A stretch of 64,000 nucleotides of DNA. Source: Tubulanus polymorphus. Taxonomy: Eukaryota; Animalia; Nemertea. The DNA lies in NCBI RefSeq assembly GCF_964204645.1, contig NW_027437468.1, positions 15,001-79,000 on the forward strand, read 5' to 3'. Shown piece by piece: positions 37,501-52,800 of this stretch (positions are counted from its first letter, which is position 1; each line of letters starts with the position of its first letter). The notes under the pieces were generated by a model. It saw only the letters and a program-made list of their open reading frames with translations, was not told the DNA's origin and did no database searches. Made by a program: the position numbers and the translations under genes.

Positions 37501-40500
37501 AATTCTGATTCTTTCAACCTATCTATTTGAAATCAGTTCAATACGCCTTTACTCATCTTTTCAGATTGAATCCATCATCTTCAGAACCAAAAGCAGCCAG
37601 AAAATTCTGTTTCTTTCCACCTATCTATTTGAAATCAGTTCAATACGCCTTAACCCATCTTTTCACATTGATCCATTATCTTTAGAAACAAAAGCAGCCA
37701 GAAAATTCGGTTTCTTTCCACCTATCTATTTGAAATCAGTTCAATACGCCTTAACCCATCTTTTCAGATTGAATCCATCATCTTCAGAACCAAAAGCAGC
37801 CAGAAAATTCTGTTTCTTTCCACCTATCTATTTGAAATCAGTTCAACACGCCTTTACTCATCTTTTCAGATTGAATCCATCATCTTTAGAACCAAAAGCA
37901 GCCAGAAAATTCTGTTTCTTTCCACCTATCTTTTTGAAATCAGTTCAATACGCCCTAACTCATCTTTTCAGATTGAATCCATCATCTTCAGAACCAAAAG
38001 CAGCCAGAAAATTCGGTTTCTTTCCACCTATCTATTTGAAATCAGTTCAATACACCCAAACCCATCAATTAAGTTATAATTCATCATCTTTAGAACCATA
38101 TTTCGCTAGAAAAATCTGTATCTTTCAACCCATCTACTCGAAATAAGTTCAGTTTACCTTAACCTATCATTTCGGATCGAGTCTATCATCTTCAGAACCA
38201 AATGCAGCCAGAAAATTCTTATTCTTTCCACCTATCTATTTGAAATCAGTTCAATACACCCAAACCCATCAATTAAGTTATAATTCATCATCTTTAGAAC
38301 CATATTTAGCTAGAAAAATCTGTATCTTTCAACCCATCTACTCGAAATAAGTTCAGTTTACCTTAACCTATCATTTCGGATCGAGTCTATCATCTTCAGA
38401 ACCAAATGCAGCCAGAAAATTCTGATTCTTTCCACCTATCTATTTGAAATCAGTTCAATACGTCTTTACTCATCTTTTCAGATTGAATCCATCATCTTCA
38501 GAACCAAAAGCAGCCAGAAAATTCTGTTTCTTTCCACCTATCTATTTGAAATCAGTTCAATACGCCTTTACTCATCTTTTCAGATTGAATCCATCATCTT
38601 TAGAACCAAAAGCAGCCAGAAAATTCTGTTTCTTTCCACCTATCTATTTGAAATCAGTTCAATACGCCTTTACTCATCTTTTCAGATTGAATCCATCATC
38701 TTCAGAACCAAAAGCAGCCAGAAAATTCTTATTCTTTCCACCTATCTATTTGATATCAGTTCAATACACCCAAACCCATCAATTAAGATAGGATTCATCA
38801 TCTTTAGAACCATATTTAGCTAGAAAAATCTGTATCTTTCAACCCATCTACTCGAAATAAGTTCAGTTTACCTTAACCTATCATTTCGGAACGAGTCTAT
38901 CATCTTCAGAACCAAATGCAGCCAGAAAATTCTGATTCTTTCCACCTATCTATTTTAAATCAGTTCAATACGCCTTTACTCATCTTTTCAGATTGAATCC
39001 ATCATCTTTAGAACCAAAAGCAGCCAGAAAATTCTGTTTCTTTCCACCTATCTATTTGAAATCAGTTCAATACGCCTTTACTCATCTTTTCAGATTGAAT
39101 CCATCATCTTTAGAACCAAAAGCAGCCAGAAAATTCTGTTTCTTTCCACCTATCTATTTGAAATCAGTTCAATACGCCTTTACTCATCTTTTCAGATTGA
39201 ATCCATCATCTTTAGAACCAAAAGCAGCCAGAAAATTCTGTTTCTTTCCACCTATCTATTTGAAATCAGTTCAATACGCCTTTACTCATCTTTTCAGATT
39301 GAATCCATCATCTTCAGAACCAAAAGCAGCCAGAAAATTCTGTTTCTTTCCACCTATCTATTTGAAATCAGTTCAATACGCCTTTACTCATCTTTTCAGA
39401 TTGATCCATCATCTTCAGAACCAAAAGCAGCCAGAAAATTCTGTTTCTTTCCACCTATCTTTTTGAAATCAGTTCAATACGCCCTAACTCATCTTTTCAG
39501 ATTGAATCCATCATCTTCAGAACCAAAAGCAGCCAGAAAATTCGGTTTCTTTCCACCTATCTATTTGAAATCAGTTCAATACGCCTTTACTCATCTTTTC
39601 AGATTGAATCCATCATCTTTAGAACCAAAAGCAGCCAGAAAATTCTGTTTCTTTCCACCTATCTATTTGAAATCAGTTCAATACGCCTTTACTCATCTTT
39701 TCAGATTGAATCCATCATCTTCAGAACCAAAAGCAGCCAGAAAATTCTGTTTCTTTCCACCTATCTATTTGAAATCAGTTCAATACGCCTTAACCCATCT
39801 TTTCAGATTGAATCCATCATCTTCAGAACCAAAAGCAGCCAGAAAATTCTGTTTCTTTCCACCTATCTATTTGAAATCAGTTCAATACACCCAAACCCAT
39901 CAATTAAGTTATAATTCATCATCTTTAGAACCATATTTAGCTAGAAAAATCTGTATCTTTCAACCCATCTACTCGAAATAAGTTCAGTTTACCTTAACCT
40001 ATCATTTCGGATCGAGTCTATCATCTTCAGAACCAAATGCAGCCAGAAAATTCTGATTCTTTCCACCAATCTATTTGAAATCAGTTCAATAAGCCTTAAC
40101 CCATCTTTTCAGATTGAATCCATCATCTTTAGAACCAAAAGCAGCCAGAAAATTCGGTTTCTTTCCACCTATCTATTTGAAATCAGTTCAATACGCCCTA
40201 ACTCATCTTTTCAGATTGAATCCATCATCTTCAGAACCAAAAGCAGCCAGAAAATTCGGTTTCTTTCCACCTATCTATTTGAAATCAGTTCAATACGCCT
40301 TAACCCATCTTTTCAGATTGAATCCATCATCTTCAGAACCAAAAGCAGCCAGAAAATTCGGTTTCTTTCCACCTATCTATTTGAAATCAGTTCAATACGC
40401 CTTAACCCATCTTTTCAGATTGAATCCATCATCTTCAGAACCATATTTAGCTAGAAAAATCTGTATCTTTCAACCCATCTACTCGAAATAAGTTCAGTTT

Positions 40501-43500
40501 ACCTTAACCTATCATTTCGGATCGAGTCTATCATCTTCAGAACCAAATGCAGCCAGAAAATTCTTATTCTTTCCACCTATCTATTTGAAATCAGTTCAAT
40601 ACACCCAAACCCATCAATTAAGTTATAATTCATCATCTTTAGAACCATACTTAGCTAGAAAAATCTGTATCTTTCAACCCATCTACTCGAAATAAGTTCA
40701 GTTTACCTTAACCTATCATTTCGGATCGAGTCTATCATCTTCAGAACCAAATGCAGCCAGAAAATTCTGATTCTTTCCACCTATCTATTTGAAATCAGTT
40801 CAATACGCCTTTACTCATCTTTTCAGATTGAATCCATCATCTTCAGAACCAAAAGCAGCCAGAAAATTCTTATTCTTTCCACCTATCTATTTGATATCAG
40901 TTCAATACACCCAAACCCATCAATTAAGATAGAATTCATCATCTTCAGAACCAAAAGCAGCCAGAAAATTCGGTTTCTTTCCACCTATCTATTTGAAATC
41001 AGTTCAATACGCCTTTACTCATCTTTTCAGATTGAATCCATCATCTTTAGAACCAAAAGCAGCCAGAAAATTCTGTTTCTTTCCACCTATCTATTTGAAG
41101 TCAGTTCAATACGCCTTTAATCATCTTTTCAGATTGAATCCATCATCTTCAGAACCAAAAGCAGCCAGAAAATTCTTATTCTTTCCACCTATCTATTTGA
41201 AATCAGTTCAATACACCCAAACCCATCAATTAAGATAGAATTCATCATCTTCAGAACCATATTTAGCTAGAAAAATCTGTATCTTTCAACCCATCTACTC
41301 GAAATAAGTTCAATTTACCTTAACCTATCATTTCGGATCGAGTCTATCATCTTCAGAACCAAATGCAGCCAGAAAATTCTGATTCTTTCCACCTATCTAT
41401 TTTAAATCAGTTCAATACGCCTTTACTCATCTTTTCAGATTGAATCCATCATCTTTAGAACCAAAAGCAGCCAGAAAATTCTGTTTCTTTCCACCTATCT
41501 ATTTGAAATCAGTTCAATACGCCTTTACTCATCTTTTCAGATTGAATCCATCATCTTTAGAACCAAAAGCAGCCAGAAAATTCTGTTTCTTTCCACCTAT
41601 CTATTTGAAATCAGTTCAATACGCCTTTACTCATCTTTTCAGATTGAATCCATCATCTTTAGAACCAAAAGCAGCCAGAAAATTCTGTTTCTTTCCACCT
41701 ATTTATTTGAAATCAGTTCAATACACCCCAACCCATCAATTAAGATAGAATTCATTATCTTCAGAACCATATTTAGCTAGAAAAATCTGTATCTTTCAAC
41801 CCATCTACTCGAAATAAGTTCAGTTTACCTTAACCTATCATTTCGGATCGAGTCTATCATCTTCAGAACCAAATGCAGCCAGAAAATTCTGATTCTTTCC
41901 ACCTATCTATTTAAAATCAGTTCAATATGCCTTAACCCATCTTTTCAGATTGAATCCATCAACTTCAGAAGCATAAGTAGTCAGAAAATTCTTAATCTTT
42001 CAACCAATCTATTAAAAATCAGTTCTGTACATACTAACCCATCAATTAAGATAGAATTCATCATCTTTAAAACCATATTTAGCTAGAAAAATCTGTATCT
42101 TTCAACCCATCTACTCGAAATAAGTTCAGTTTACCTTAACCTATCATTTCGGATCGAGTCTATCATCTTCAGAACCAAATGCAGCCAGAAAATTCTCATT
42201 CTTTCCACCTATCTATTTAAAATCAGTTCAATACGCCTTAACCCATCTTTTCAGATTGAATCCATCAACTTCAGAAGCATAAGTAGTCAGAAAATTCTTA
42301 ATCTTTCAACCAATCTATTAAAAATCAGTTCTGTACATCCTAACCCATCAATTAAGATAGAATTCATCATCTTTAGAACCATATTTAGCTAGAAAAATCT
42401 GTATCTTTCAACCCATCTACTCGAAATAAGTTCAGTTTACCTTATCCTATCATTTCATATCGAGTCTATCATCCTCAGAACAGAAAGCAGCCAGAAAATT
42501 CTGATTCTTTCAACCTATCTATTTGAAATCAGTTCAATACGCCTTTACTCATCTTTTCAGATTGAATCCATCATCTTCAGAACCAAAAGCAGCCAGAAAA
42601 TTCTGTTTCTTTCCACCTATCTATTTGAAATCAGTTCAATACGCCTTAACCCATCTTTTCACATTGATCCATTATCTTTAGAAACAAAAGCAGCCAGAAA
42701 ATTCGGTTTCTTTCCACCTATCTATTTGAAATCAGTTCAATACGCCTTAACCCATCTTTTCAGATTGAATCCATCATCTTCAGAACCAAAAGCAGCCAGA
42801 AAATTCTGTTTCTTTCCACCTATCTATTTGAAATCAGTTCAACACGCCTTTACTCATCTTTTCAGATTGAATCCATCATCTTTAGAACCAAAAGCAGCCA
42901 GAAAATTCTGTTTCTTTCCACCTATCTTTTTGAAATCAGTTCAATACGCCCTAACTCATCTTTTCAGATTGAATCCATCATCTTCAGAACCAAAAGCAGC
43001 CAGAAAATTCGGTTTCTTTCCACCTATCTATTTGAAATCAGTTCAATACACCCAAACCCATCAATTAAGTTATAATTCATCATCTTTAGAACCATATTTC
43101 GCTAGAAAAATCTGTATCTTTCAACCCATCTACTCGAAATAAGTTCAGTTTACCTTAACCTATCATTTCGGATCGAGTCTATCATCTTCAGAACCAAATG
43201 CAGCCAGAAAATTCTTATTCTTTCCACCTATCTATTTGAAATCAGTTCAATACACCCAAACCCATCAATTAAGTTATAATTCATCATCTTTAGAACCATA
43301 TTTAGCTAGAAAAATCTGTATCTTTCAACCCATCTACTCGAAATAAGTTCAGTTTACCTTAACCTATCATTTCGGATCGAGTCTATCATCTTCAGAACCA
43401 AATGCAGCCAGAAAATTCTGATTCTTTCCACCTATCTATTTGAAATCAGTTCAATACGTCTTTACTCATCTTTTCAGATTGAATCCATCATCTTCAGAAC

Positions 43501-44560
43501 CAAAAGCAGCCAGAAAATTCTGTTTCTTTCCACCTATCTATTTGAAATCAGTTCAATACGCCTTTACTCATCTTTTCAGATTGAATCCATCATCTTTAGA
43601 ACCAAAAGCAGCCAGAAAATTCTGTTTCTTTCCACCTATCTATTTGAAATCAGTTCAATACGCCTTTACTCATCTTTTCAGATTGAATCCATCATCTTCA
43701 GAACCAAAAGCAGCCAGAAAATTCTTATTCTTTCCACCTATCTATTTGATATCAGTTCAATACACCCAAACCCATCAATTAAGATAGGATTCATCATCTT
43801 TAGAACCATATTTAGCTAGAAAAATCTGTATCTTTCAACCCATCTACTCGAAATAAGTTCAGTTTACCTTAACCTATCATTTCGGAACGAGTCTATCATC
43901 TTCAGAACCAAATGCAGCCAGAAAATTCTGATTCTTTCCACCTATCTATTTTAAATCAGTTCAATACGCCTTTACTCATCTTTTCAGATTGAATCCATCA
44001 TCTTTAGAACCAAAAGCAGCCAGAAAATTCTGTTTCTTTCCACCTATCTATTTGAAATCAGTTCAATACGCCTTTACTCATCTTTTCAGATTGAATCCAT
44101 CATCTTTAGAACCAAAAGCAGCCAGAAAATTCTGTTTCTTTCCACCTATCTATTTGAAATCAGTTCAATACGCCTTTACTCATCTTTTCAGATTGAATCC
44201 ATCATCTTTAGAACCAAAAGCAGCCAGAAAATTCTGTTTCTTTCCACCTATCTATTTGAAATCAGTTCAATACGCCTTTACTCATCTTTTCAGATTGAAT
44301 CCATCATCTTCAGAACCAAAAGCAGCCAGAAAATTCTGTTTCTTTCCACCTATCTATTTGAAATCAGTTCAATACGCCTTTACTCATCTTTTCAGATTGA
44401 TCCATCATCTTCAGAACCAAAAGCAGCCAGAAAATTCTGTTTCTTTCCACCTATCTTTTTGAAATCAGTTCAATACGCCCTAACTCATCTTTTCAGATTG
44501 AATCCATCATCTTCAGAACCAAAAGCAGCCAGAAAATTCGGTTTCTTTCCACCTATCTAT
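34570..44560 (+). repeat. 4996-bp (49-monomer) higher-order tandem duplication, two near-identical copies with partial copies on both flanks; boundaries approximate
   Basis: Constant 4996-bp offset for ORFs 35118/40114, 35997/40993, 36444/41440, 37730/42726, 38444/43440, 38993/43989 and 39463/44459; 4996 = 49x102 - 2. Confidence 0.9.
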
Positions 44561-46849
44561 TTGAAATCAGTTCAATACGCCTTAACCCATCTTTTCAGAT
44601 TGAATCCATCATCTTCAGAACCAAAAGCAGCCAGAAAATTCTGTTTCTTTCCACCTATCTATTTGAAATCAGTTCAATACACCCAAACCCATCAATTAAG
44701 TTATAATTCATCATCTTTAGAACCATATTTAGCTAGAAAAATCTGTATCTTTCAACCCATCTACTCGAAATAAGTTCAGTTTACCTTAACCTATCATTTC
44801 GGATCGAGTCTATCATCTTCAGAACCAAATGCAGCCAGAAAATTCTGATTCTTTCCACCAATCTATTTGAAATCAGTTCAATAAGCCTTAACCCATCTTT
44901 TCAGATTGAATCCATCATCTTTAGAACCAAAAGCAGCCAGAAAATTCGGTTTCTTTCCACCTATCTATTTGAAATCAGTTCAATACGCCCTAACTCATCT
45001 TTTCAGATTGAATCCATCATCTTCAGAACCAAAAGCAGCCAGAAAATTCGGTTTCTTTCCACCTATCTATTTGAAATCAGTTCAATACGCCTTAACCCAT
45101 CTTTTCAGATTGAATCCATCATCTTCAGAACCAAAAGCAGCCAGAAAATTCGGTTTCTTTCCACCTATCTATTTGAAATCAGTTCAATACGCCTTAACCC
45201 ATCTTTTCAGATTGAATCCATCATCTTCAGAACCATATTTAGCTAGAAAAATCTGTATCTTTCAACCCATCTACTCGAAATAAGTTCAGTTTACCTTAAC
45301 CTATCATTTCGGATCGAGTCTATCATCTTCAGAACCAAATGCAGCCAGAAAATTCTTATTCTTTCCACCTATCTATTTGAAATCAGTTCAATACACCCAA
45401 ACCCATCAATTAAGTTATAATTCATCATCTTTAGAACCATATTTAGCTAGAAAAATCTGTATCTTTCAACCCATCTACTCGAAATAAGTTCAGTTTACCT
45501 TAACCTATCATTTCGGATCGAGTCTATCATCTTCAGAACCAAATGCAGCCAGAAAATTCTGATTCTTTCCACCAATCTATTTGAAATCAGTTCAATAAGC
45601 CTTAACCCATCTTTTCAGATTGAATCCATCATCTTTAGAACCAAAAGCAGCCAGAAAATTCGGTTTCTTTCCACCTATCTATTTGAAATCAGTTCAATAC
45701 GCCCTAACTCATCTTTTCAGATTGAATCCATCATCTTCAGAACCAAAAGCAGCCAGAAAATTCGGTTTCTTTCCACCTATCTATTTGAAATCAGTTCAAT
45801 ACGCCTTAACCCATCTTTTCAGATTGAATCCATCATCTTCAGAACCAAAAGCAGCCAGAAAATTCGGTTTCTTTCCACCTATCTATTTGAAATCAGTTCA
45901 ATACGCCTTAACCCATCTTTTCAGATTGAATCCATCATCTTCAGAACCATATTTAGCTAGAAAAATCTGTATCTTTCAACCCATCTACTCGAAATAAGTT
46001 CAGTTTACCTTAACCTATCATTTCGGATCGAGTCTATCATCTTCAGAACCAAATGCAGCCAGAAAATTCTGATTCTTTCCACCTATCTATTTGAAATCAG
46101 TTCAATACGCCTTTACTCATCTTTTCAGATTGAATCCATCATCTTCAGAACCAAAAGCAGCCAGAAAATTCTTATTCTTTCCACCTATCTATTTGATATC
46201 AGTTCAATACACCCAAACCCATCAATTAAGATAGAATTCATCATCTTCAGAACCAAAAGCAGCCAGAAAATTCGGTTTCTTTCCACCTATCTATTTGAAA
46301 TCAGTTCAATACGCCTTTACTCATCTTTTCAGATTGAATCCATCATCTTTAGAACCAAAAGCAGCCAGAAAATTCTGTTTCTTTCCACCTATCTATTTGA
46401 AGTCAGTTCAATACGCCTTTAATCATCTTTTCAGATTGAATCCATCATCTTCAGAACCAAAAGCAGCCAGAAAAGTCTTATTCTTTCCACCTATCTATTT
46501 GAAATCAGTTCAATACACCCAAACCCATCAATTAAGATAGAATTCATCATCTTCAGAACCATATTTAGCTAGAAAAATCTGTATCTTTCAACCCATCTAC
46601 TCGAAATAAGTTCAATTTACCTTAACCTATCATTTCGGATCGAGTCTATCATCTTCAGAACCAAATGCAGCCAGAAAATTCTGATTCTTTCCACCTATCT
46701 ATTTTAAATCAGTTCAATACGCCTTTACTCATCTTTTCAGATTGAATCCATCATCTTTAGAACCAAAAGCAGCCAGAAAATTCTGTTTCTTTCCACCTAT
46801 CTATTTGAAATCAGTTCAATACGCCTTTACTCATCTTTTCAGATTGAAT

Positions 46850-49800
46850 CCATCATCTTTAGAACCAAAAGCAGCCAGAAAATTCTGTTTCTTTCCACCT
46901 ATCTATTTGAAATCAGTTCAATACGCCTTTACTCATCTTTTCAGATTGAATCCATCATCTTTAGAACCAAAAGCAGCCAGAAAATTCTGTTTCTTTCCAC
47001 CTATTTATTTGAAATCAGTTCAATACACCCCAACCCATCAATTAAGATAGAATTCATTATCTTCAGAACCATATTTAGCTAGAAAAATCTGTATCTTTCA
47101 ACCCATCTACTCGAAATAAGTTCAGTTTACCTTAACCTATCATTTCGGATCGAGTCTATCATCTTCAGAACCAAATGCAGCCAGAAAATTCTGATTCTTT
47201 CCACCTATCTATTTAAAATCAGTTCAATATGCCTTAACCCATCTTTTCAGATTGAATCCATCAACTTCAGAAGCATAAGTAGTCAGAAAATTCTTAATCT
47301 TTCAACCAATCTATTAAAAATCAGTTCTGTACATACTAACCCATCAATTAAGATAGAATTCATCATCTTTAAAACCATATTTAGCTAGAAAAATCTGTAT
47401 CTTTCAACCCATCTACTCGAAATAAGTTCAGTTTACCTTAACCTATCATTTCGGATCGAGTCTATCATCTTCAGAACCAAATGCAGCCAGAAAATTCTCA
47501 TTCTTTCCACCTATCTATTTAAAATCAGTTCAATACGCCTTAACCCATCTTTTCAGATTGAATCCATCAACTTCAGAAGCATAAGTAGTCAGAAAATTCT
47601 TAATCTTTCAACCAATCTATTAAAAATCAGTTCTGTACATCCTAACCCATCAATTAAGATAGAATTCATCATCTTTAGAACCATATTTAGCTAGAAAAAT
47701 CTGTATCTTTCAACCCATCTACTCGAAATAAGTTCAGTTTACCTTATCCTATCATTTCATATCGAGTCTATCATCCTCAGAACAGAAAGCAGCCAGAAAA
47801 TTCTGATTCTTTCAACCTATCTATTTGAAATCAGTTCAATACGCCTTTACTCATCTTTTCAGATTGAATCCATCATCTTCAGAACCAAAAGCAGCCAGAA
47901 AATTCTGTTTCTTTCCACCTATCTATTTGAAATCAGTTCAATACGCCTTTACTCATCTTTTCAGATTGAATCCATCATCTTCAGAACCAAAAGCAGCCAG
48001 AAAATTCTGTTTCTTTCCACCTATCTTTTTGAAATCAGTTCAATACGCCCTAACTCATCTTTTCAGATTGAATCCATCATCTTCAGAACCAAAAGCAGCC
48101 AGAAAATTCGGTTTCTTTCCACCTATCTATTTGAAATCAGTTCAATACGCCTTAACCCATCTTTTCAGATTGAATCCATCATCTTCAGAACCAAAAGCAG
48201 CCAGAAAATTCTGTTTCTTTCCACCTATCTATTTGAAATCAGTTCAATACACCCAATCCCATCAATTAAGTTATAATTCATCATCTTTAGAACCATATTT
48301 AGCTAGAAAAATCTGTATCTTTCAACCCATCTACTCGAAATAAGTTCAGTTTACCTTAACCTATCATTTCGGATCGAGTCTATCATCTTCAGAACCAAAT
48401 GCAGCCAGAAAATTCTGATTCTTTCCACCAATCTATTTGAAATCAGTTCAATAAGCCTTAACCCATCTTTTCAGATTGAATCCATCATCTTTAGAACCAA
48501 AAGCAGCCAGAAAATTCGGTTTCTTTCCACCTATCTATTTGAAATCAGTTCAATACGCCCTAACTCATCTTTTCAGATTGAATCCATCATCTTCAGAACC
48601 AAAAGCAGCCAGAAAATTCGGTTTCTTTCCACCTATCTATTTGAAATCAGTTCAATACGCCTTAACCCATCTTTTCAGATTGAATCCATCATCTTCAGAA
48701 CCAAAAGCAGCCAGAAAATTCGGTTTCTTTCCACCTATCTATTTGAAATCAGTTCAATACGCCTTAACCCATCTTTTCAGATTGAATCCATCATCTTCAG
48801 AACCATATTTAGCTAGAAAAATCTGTATCTTTCAACCCATCTACTCGAAATAAGTTCAGTTTACCTTAACCTATCATTTCGGATCGAGTCTATCATCTTC
48901 AGAACCAAATGCAGCCAGAAAATTCTTATTCTTTCCACCTATCTATTTGAAATCAGTTCAATACACCCAAACCCATCAATTAAGTTATAATTCATCATCT
49001 TTAGAACCATACTTAGCTAGAAAAATCTGTATCTTTCAACCCATCTACTCGAAATAAGTTCAGTTTACCTTAACCTATCATTTCGGATCGAGTCTATCAT
49101 CTTCAGAACCAAATGCAGCCAGAAAATTCTGATTCTTTCCACCTATCTATTTGAAATCAGTTCAATACGCCTTTACTCATCTTTTCAGATTGAATCCATC
49201 ATCTTCAGAACCAAAAGCAGCCAGAAAATTCTTATTCTTTCCACCTATCTATTTGATATCAGTTCAATACACCCAAACCCATCAATTAAGATAGAATTCA
49301 TCATCTTCAGAACCAAAAGCAGCCAGAAAATTCGGTTTCTTTCCACCTATCTATTTGAAATCAGTTCAATACGCCTTTACTCATCTTTTCAGATTGAATC
49401 CATCATCTTTAGAACCAAAAGCAGCCAGAAAATTCTGTTTCTTTCCACCTATCTATTTGAAGTCAGTTCAATACGCCTTTAATCATCTTTTCAGATTGAA
49501 TCCATCATCTTCAGAACCAAAAGCAGCCAGAAAATTCTTATTCTTTCCACCTATCTATTTGAAATCAGTTCAATACACCCAAACCCATCAATTAAGATAG
49601 AATTCATCATCTTCAGAACCATATTTAGCTAGAAAAATCTGTATCTTTCAACCCATCTACTCGAAATAAGTTCAATTTACCTTAACCTATCATTTCGGAT
49701 CGAGTCTATCATCTTCAGAACCAAATGCAGCCAGAAAATTCTGATTCTTTCCACCTATCTATTTTAAATCAGTTCAATAAGCCTTAACCCATCAATTAAG

Positions 49801-52800
49801 TTATAATTCATCATCTTTAGAACCATATTTCGCTAGAAAAATCTGTATCTTTCAACCCATCTACTCGAAATAAGTTCAGTTTACCTTAACCTATCATTTC
49901 GGATCGAGTCTATCATCTTCAGAACCAAATGCAGCCAGAAAATTCTTATTCTTTCCACCTATCTATTTGAAATCAGTTCAATACACCCAAACCCATCAAT
50001 TAAGTTATAATTCATCATCTTTAGAACCATATTTAGCTAGAAAAATCTGTATCTTTCAACCCATCTACTCAAAATAAGTTCAGTTTACCTTAACCTATCA
50101 TTTCGGATCGAGTCTATCATCTTCAGAACCAAATGCAGCCAGAAAATTCTGATTCTTTCCACCTATCTATTTGAAATCAGTTCAATACGCCTTTACTCAT
50201 CTTTTCAGATTGAATCCATCATCTTCAGAACCAAAAGCAGCCAGAAAATTCTTATTCTTTCCACCTATCTATTTGATATCAGTTCAATACACCCAAACCC
50301 ATCAATTAAGATAGAATTCATCATCTTCAGAACCAAAAGCAGCCAGAAAATTCGGTTTCTTTCCACCTATCTATTTGAAATCAGTTCAATACGCCTTTAC
50401 TCATCTTTTCAGATTGAATCCATCATCTTTAGAACCAAAAGCAGCCAGAAAATTCTGTTTCTTTCCACCTATCTATTTGAAGTCAGTTCAATACGCCTTT
50501 AATCATCTTTTCAGATTGAATCCATCATCTTCAGAACCAAAAGCAGCCAGAAAATTCTTATTCTTTCCACCTATCTATTTGAAATCAGTTCAATACACCC
50601 AAACCCATCAATTAAGATAGAATTCATCATCTTCAGAATCATATTTAGCTAGAAAAATCTGTATCTTTCAACCCATCTACTCGAAATAAGTTCAATTTAC
50701 CTTAACCTATCATTTCGGATCGAGTCTATCATCTTCAGAACCAAATGCAGCCAGAAAATTCTGATTCTTTCCACCTATCTATTTGAAATCAGTTCAATAA
50801 GCCTTAACCCATCTTTTCAGATTGAATCCATCATCTTTAGAACCAAAAGCAGCCAGAAAATGCTGTTTCTTTCCACCTATCTATTTGAAATCAGTTCAAT
50901 ACGCCTTAACCCATCTTTTCACATTGATCCATCATCTTTAGAAACAAAAGCAGCCAGAAAATTCGGTTTCTTTCCACCTATCTATTTGAAATCAGTTCAA
51001 TACGCCTTAACCCATCTTTTCACATTGATCCATCATCTTTAGAAACAAAAGCAGCCAGAAAATTCGGTTTCTTTCCACCTATCTATTTGAAATCAGTTCA
51101 ATACGCCTTAACCCATCTTTTCAGATTGAATCCATCATCTTCAGAACCAAAAGCAGCCAGAAAATTCGGTTTCTTTCCACCTATCTATTTGAAATCAGTT
51201 CAATACGCCTTAACCCATCTTTTCAGATTGAATCCATCATCTTTAGAACCAAAAGCAGCCAGAAAATTCGGTTTCTTTCCACCTATCTATTTGAAATCAG
51301 TTCAATACACCCAAACCCATCAATTAAGTTATAATTCATCATCTTTAGAACCATATTTCGCTAGAAAAATCTGTATCTTTCAACCCATCTACTCGAAATA
51401 AGTTCAGTTTACCTTAACCTATCATTTCGGATCGAGTCTATCATCTTCAGAACCAAATGCAGCCAGAAAATTCTTATTCTTTCCACCTATCTATTTGAAA
51501 TCAGTTCAATACACCCAAACCCATCAATTAAGTTATAATTCATCATCTTTAGAACCATATTTAGCTAGAAAAATCTGTATCTTTCAACCCATCTACTCGA
51601 AATAAGTTCAGTTTACCTTAACCTATCATTTCGGATCGAGTCTATCATCTTCAGAACCAAATGCAGCCAGAAAATTCTGATTCTTTCCACCTATCTATTT
51701 GAAATCAGTTCAATACGTCTTTACTCATCTTTTCAGATTGAATCCATCATCTTCAGAACCAAAAGCAGCCAGAAAATTCTTATTCTTTCCACCTATCTAT
51801 TTGAAATCAGTTCAATACGCCTTTACTCATCTTTTCAGATTGAATCCATCATCTTTAGAACCAAAAGCAGCCAGAAAATTCTGTTTCTTTCCACCTATCT
51901 ATTTGAAATCAGTTCAATACGCCTTTACTCATCTTTTCAGATTGAATCCATCATCTTCAGAACCAAAAGCAGCCAGAAAATTCTTATTCTTTCCACCTAT
52001 CTATTTGATATCAGTTCAATACACCCAAACCCATCAATTAAGATAGAATTCATCATCTTTAGAACCATATTTAGCTAGAAAAATCTGTATCTTTCAACCC
52101 ATCTACTCGAAATAAGTTCAGTTTACCTTAACCTATCATTTCGGATCGAGTCTATCATCTTCAGAACCAAATGCAGCCAGAAAATTCTCATTCTTTCCAC
52201 CTATCTATTTAAAATCAGTTCAATACGCCTTAACCCATCTTTTCAGATTGAATCCATCAACTTCAGAAGCATAAGTAGTCAGAAAATTCTTAATCTTTCA
52301 ACCAATCTATTAAAAATCAGTTCTGTACATCCTAACCCATCAATTAAGATAGAATTCATCATCTTTAGAACCATATTTAGCTAGAAAAATCTGTATCTTT
52401 CAACCCATCTACTCGAAATAAGTTCAGTTTACCTTATCCTATCATTTCAGATCGAGTCTATCATCCTCAGAACAGAAAGCAGCCAGAAAATTCTGATTCT
52501 TTCAACCTATCTATTTGAAATCAGTTCAATACGCCTTTACTCATCTTTTCAGATTGAATCCATCATCTTTAGAACCAAAAGCAGCCAGAAAATTCTGTTT
52601 CTTTCCACCTATCTATTTGAAATCAGTTCAATACGCCTTTACTCATCTTTTCAGATTGAATCCATCATCTTCAGAACCAAAAGCAGCCAGAAAATTCTTA
52701 TTCTTTCCACCTATCTATTTGATATCAGTTCAATACACCCAAACCCATCAATTAAGATAGAATTCATCATCTTTAGAACCACATTTAGCTAGAAAAATCT

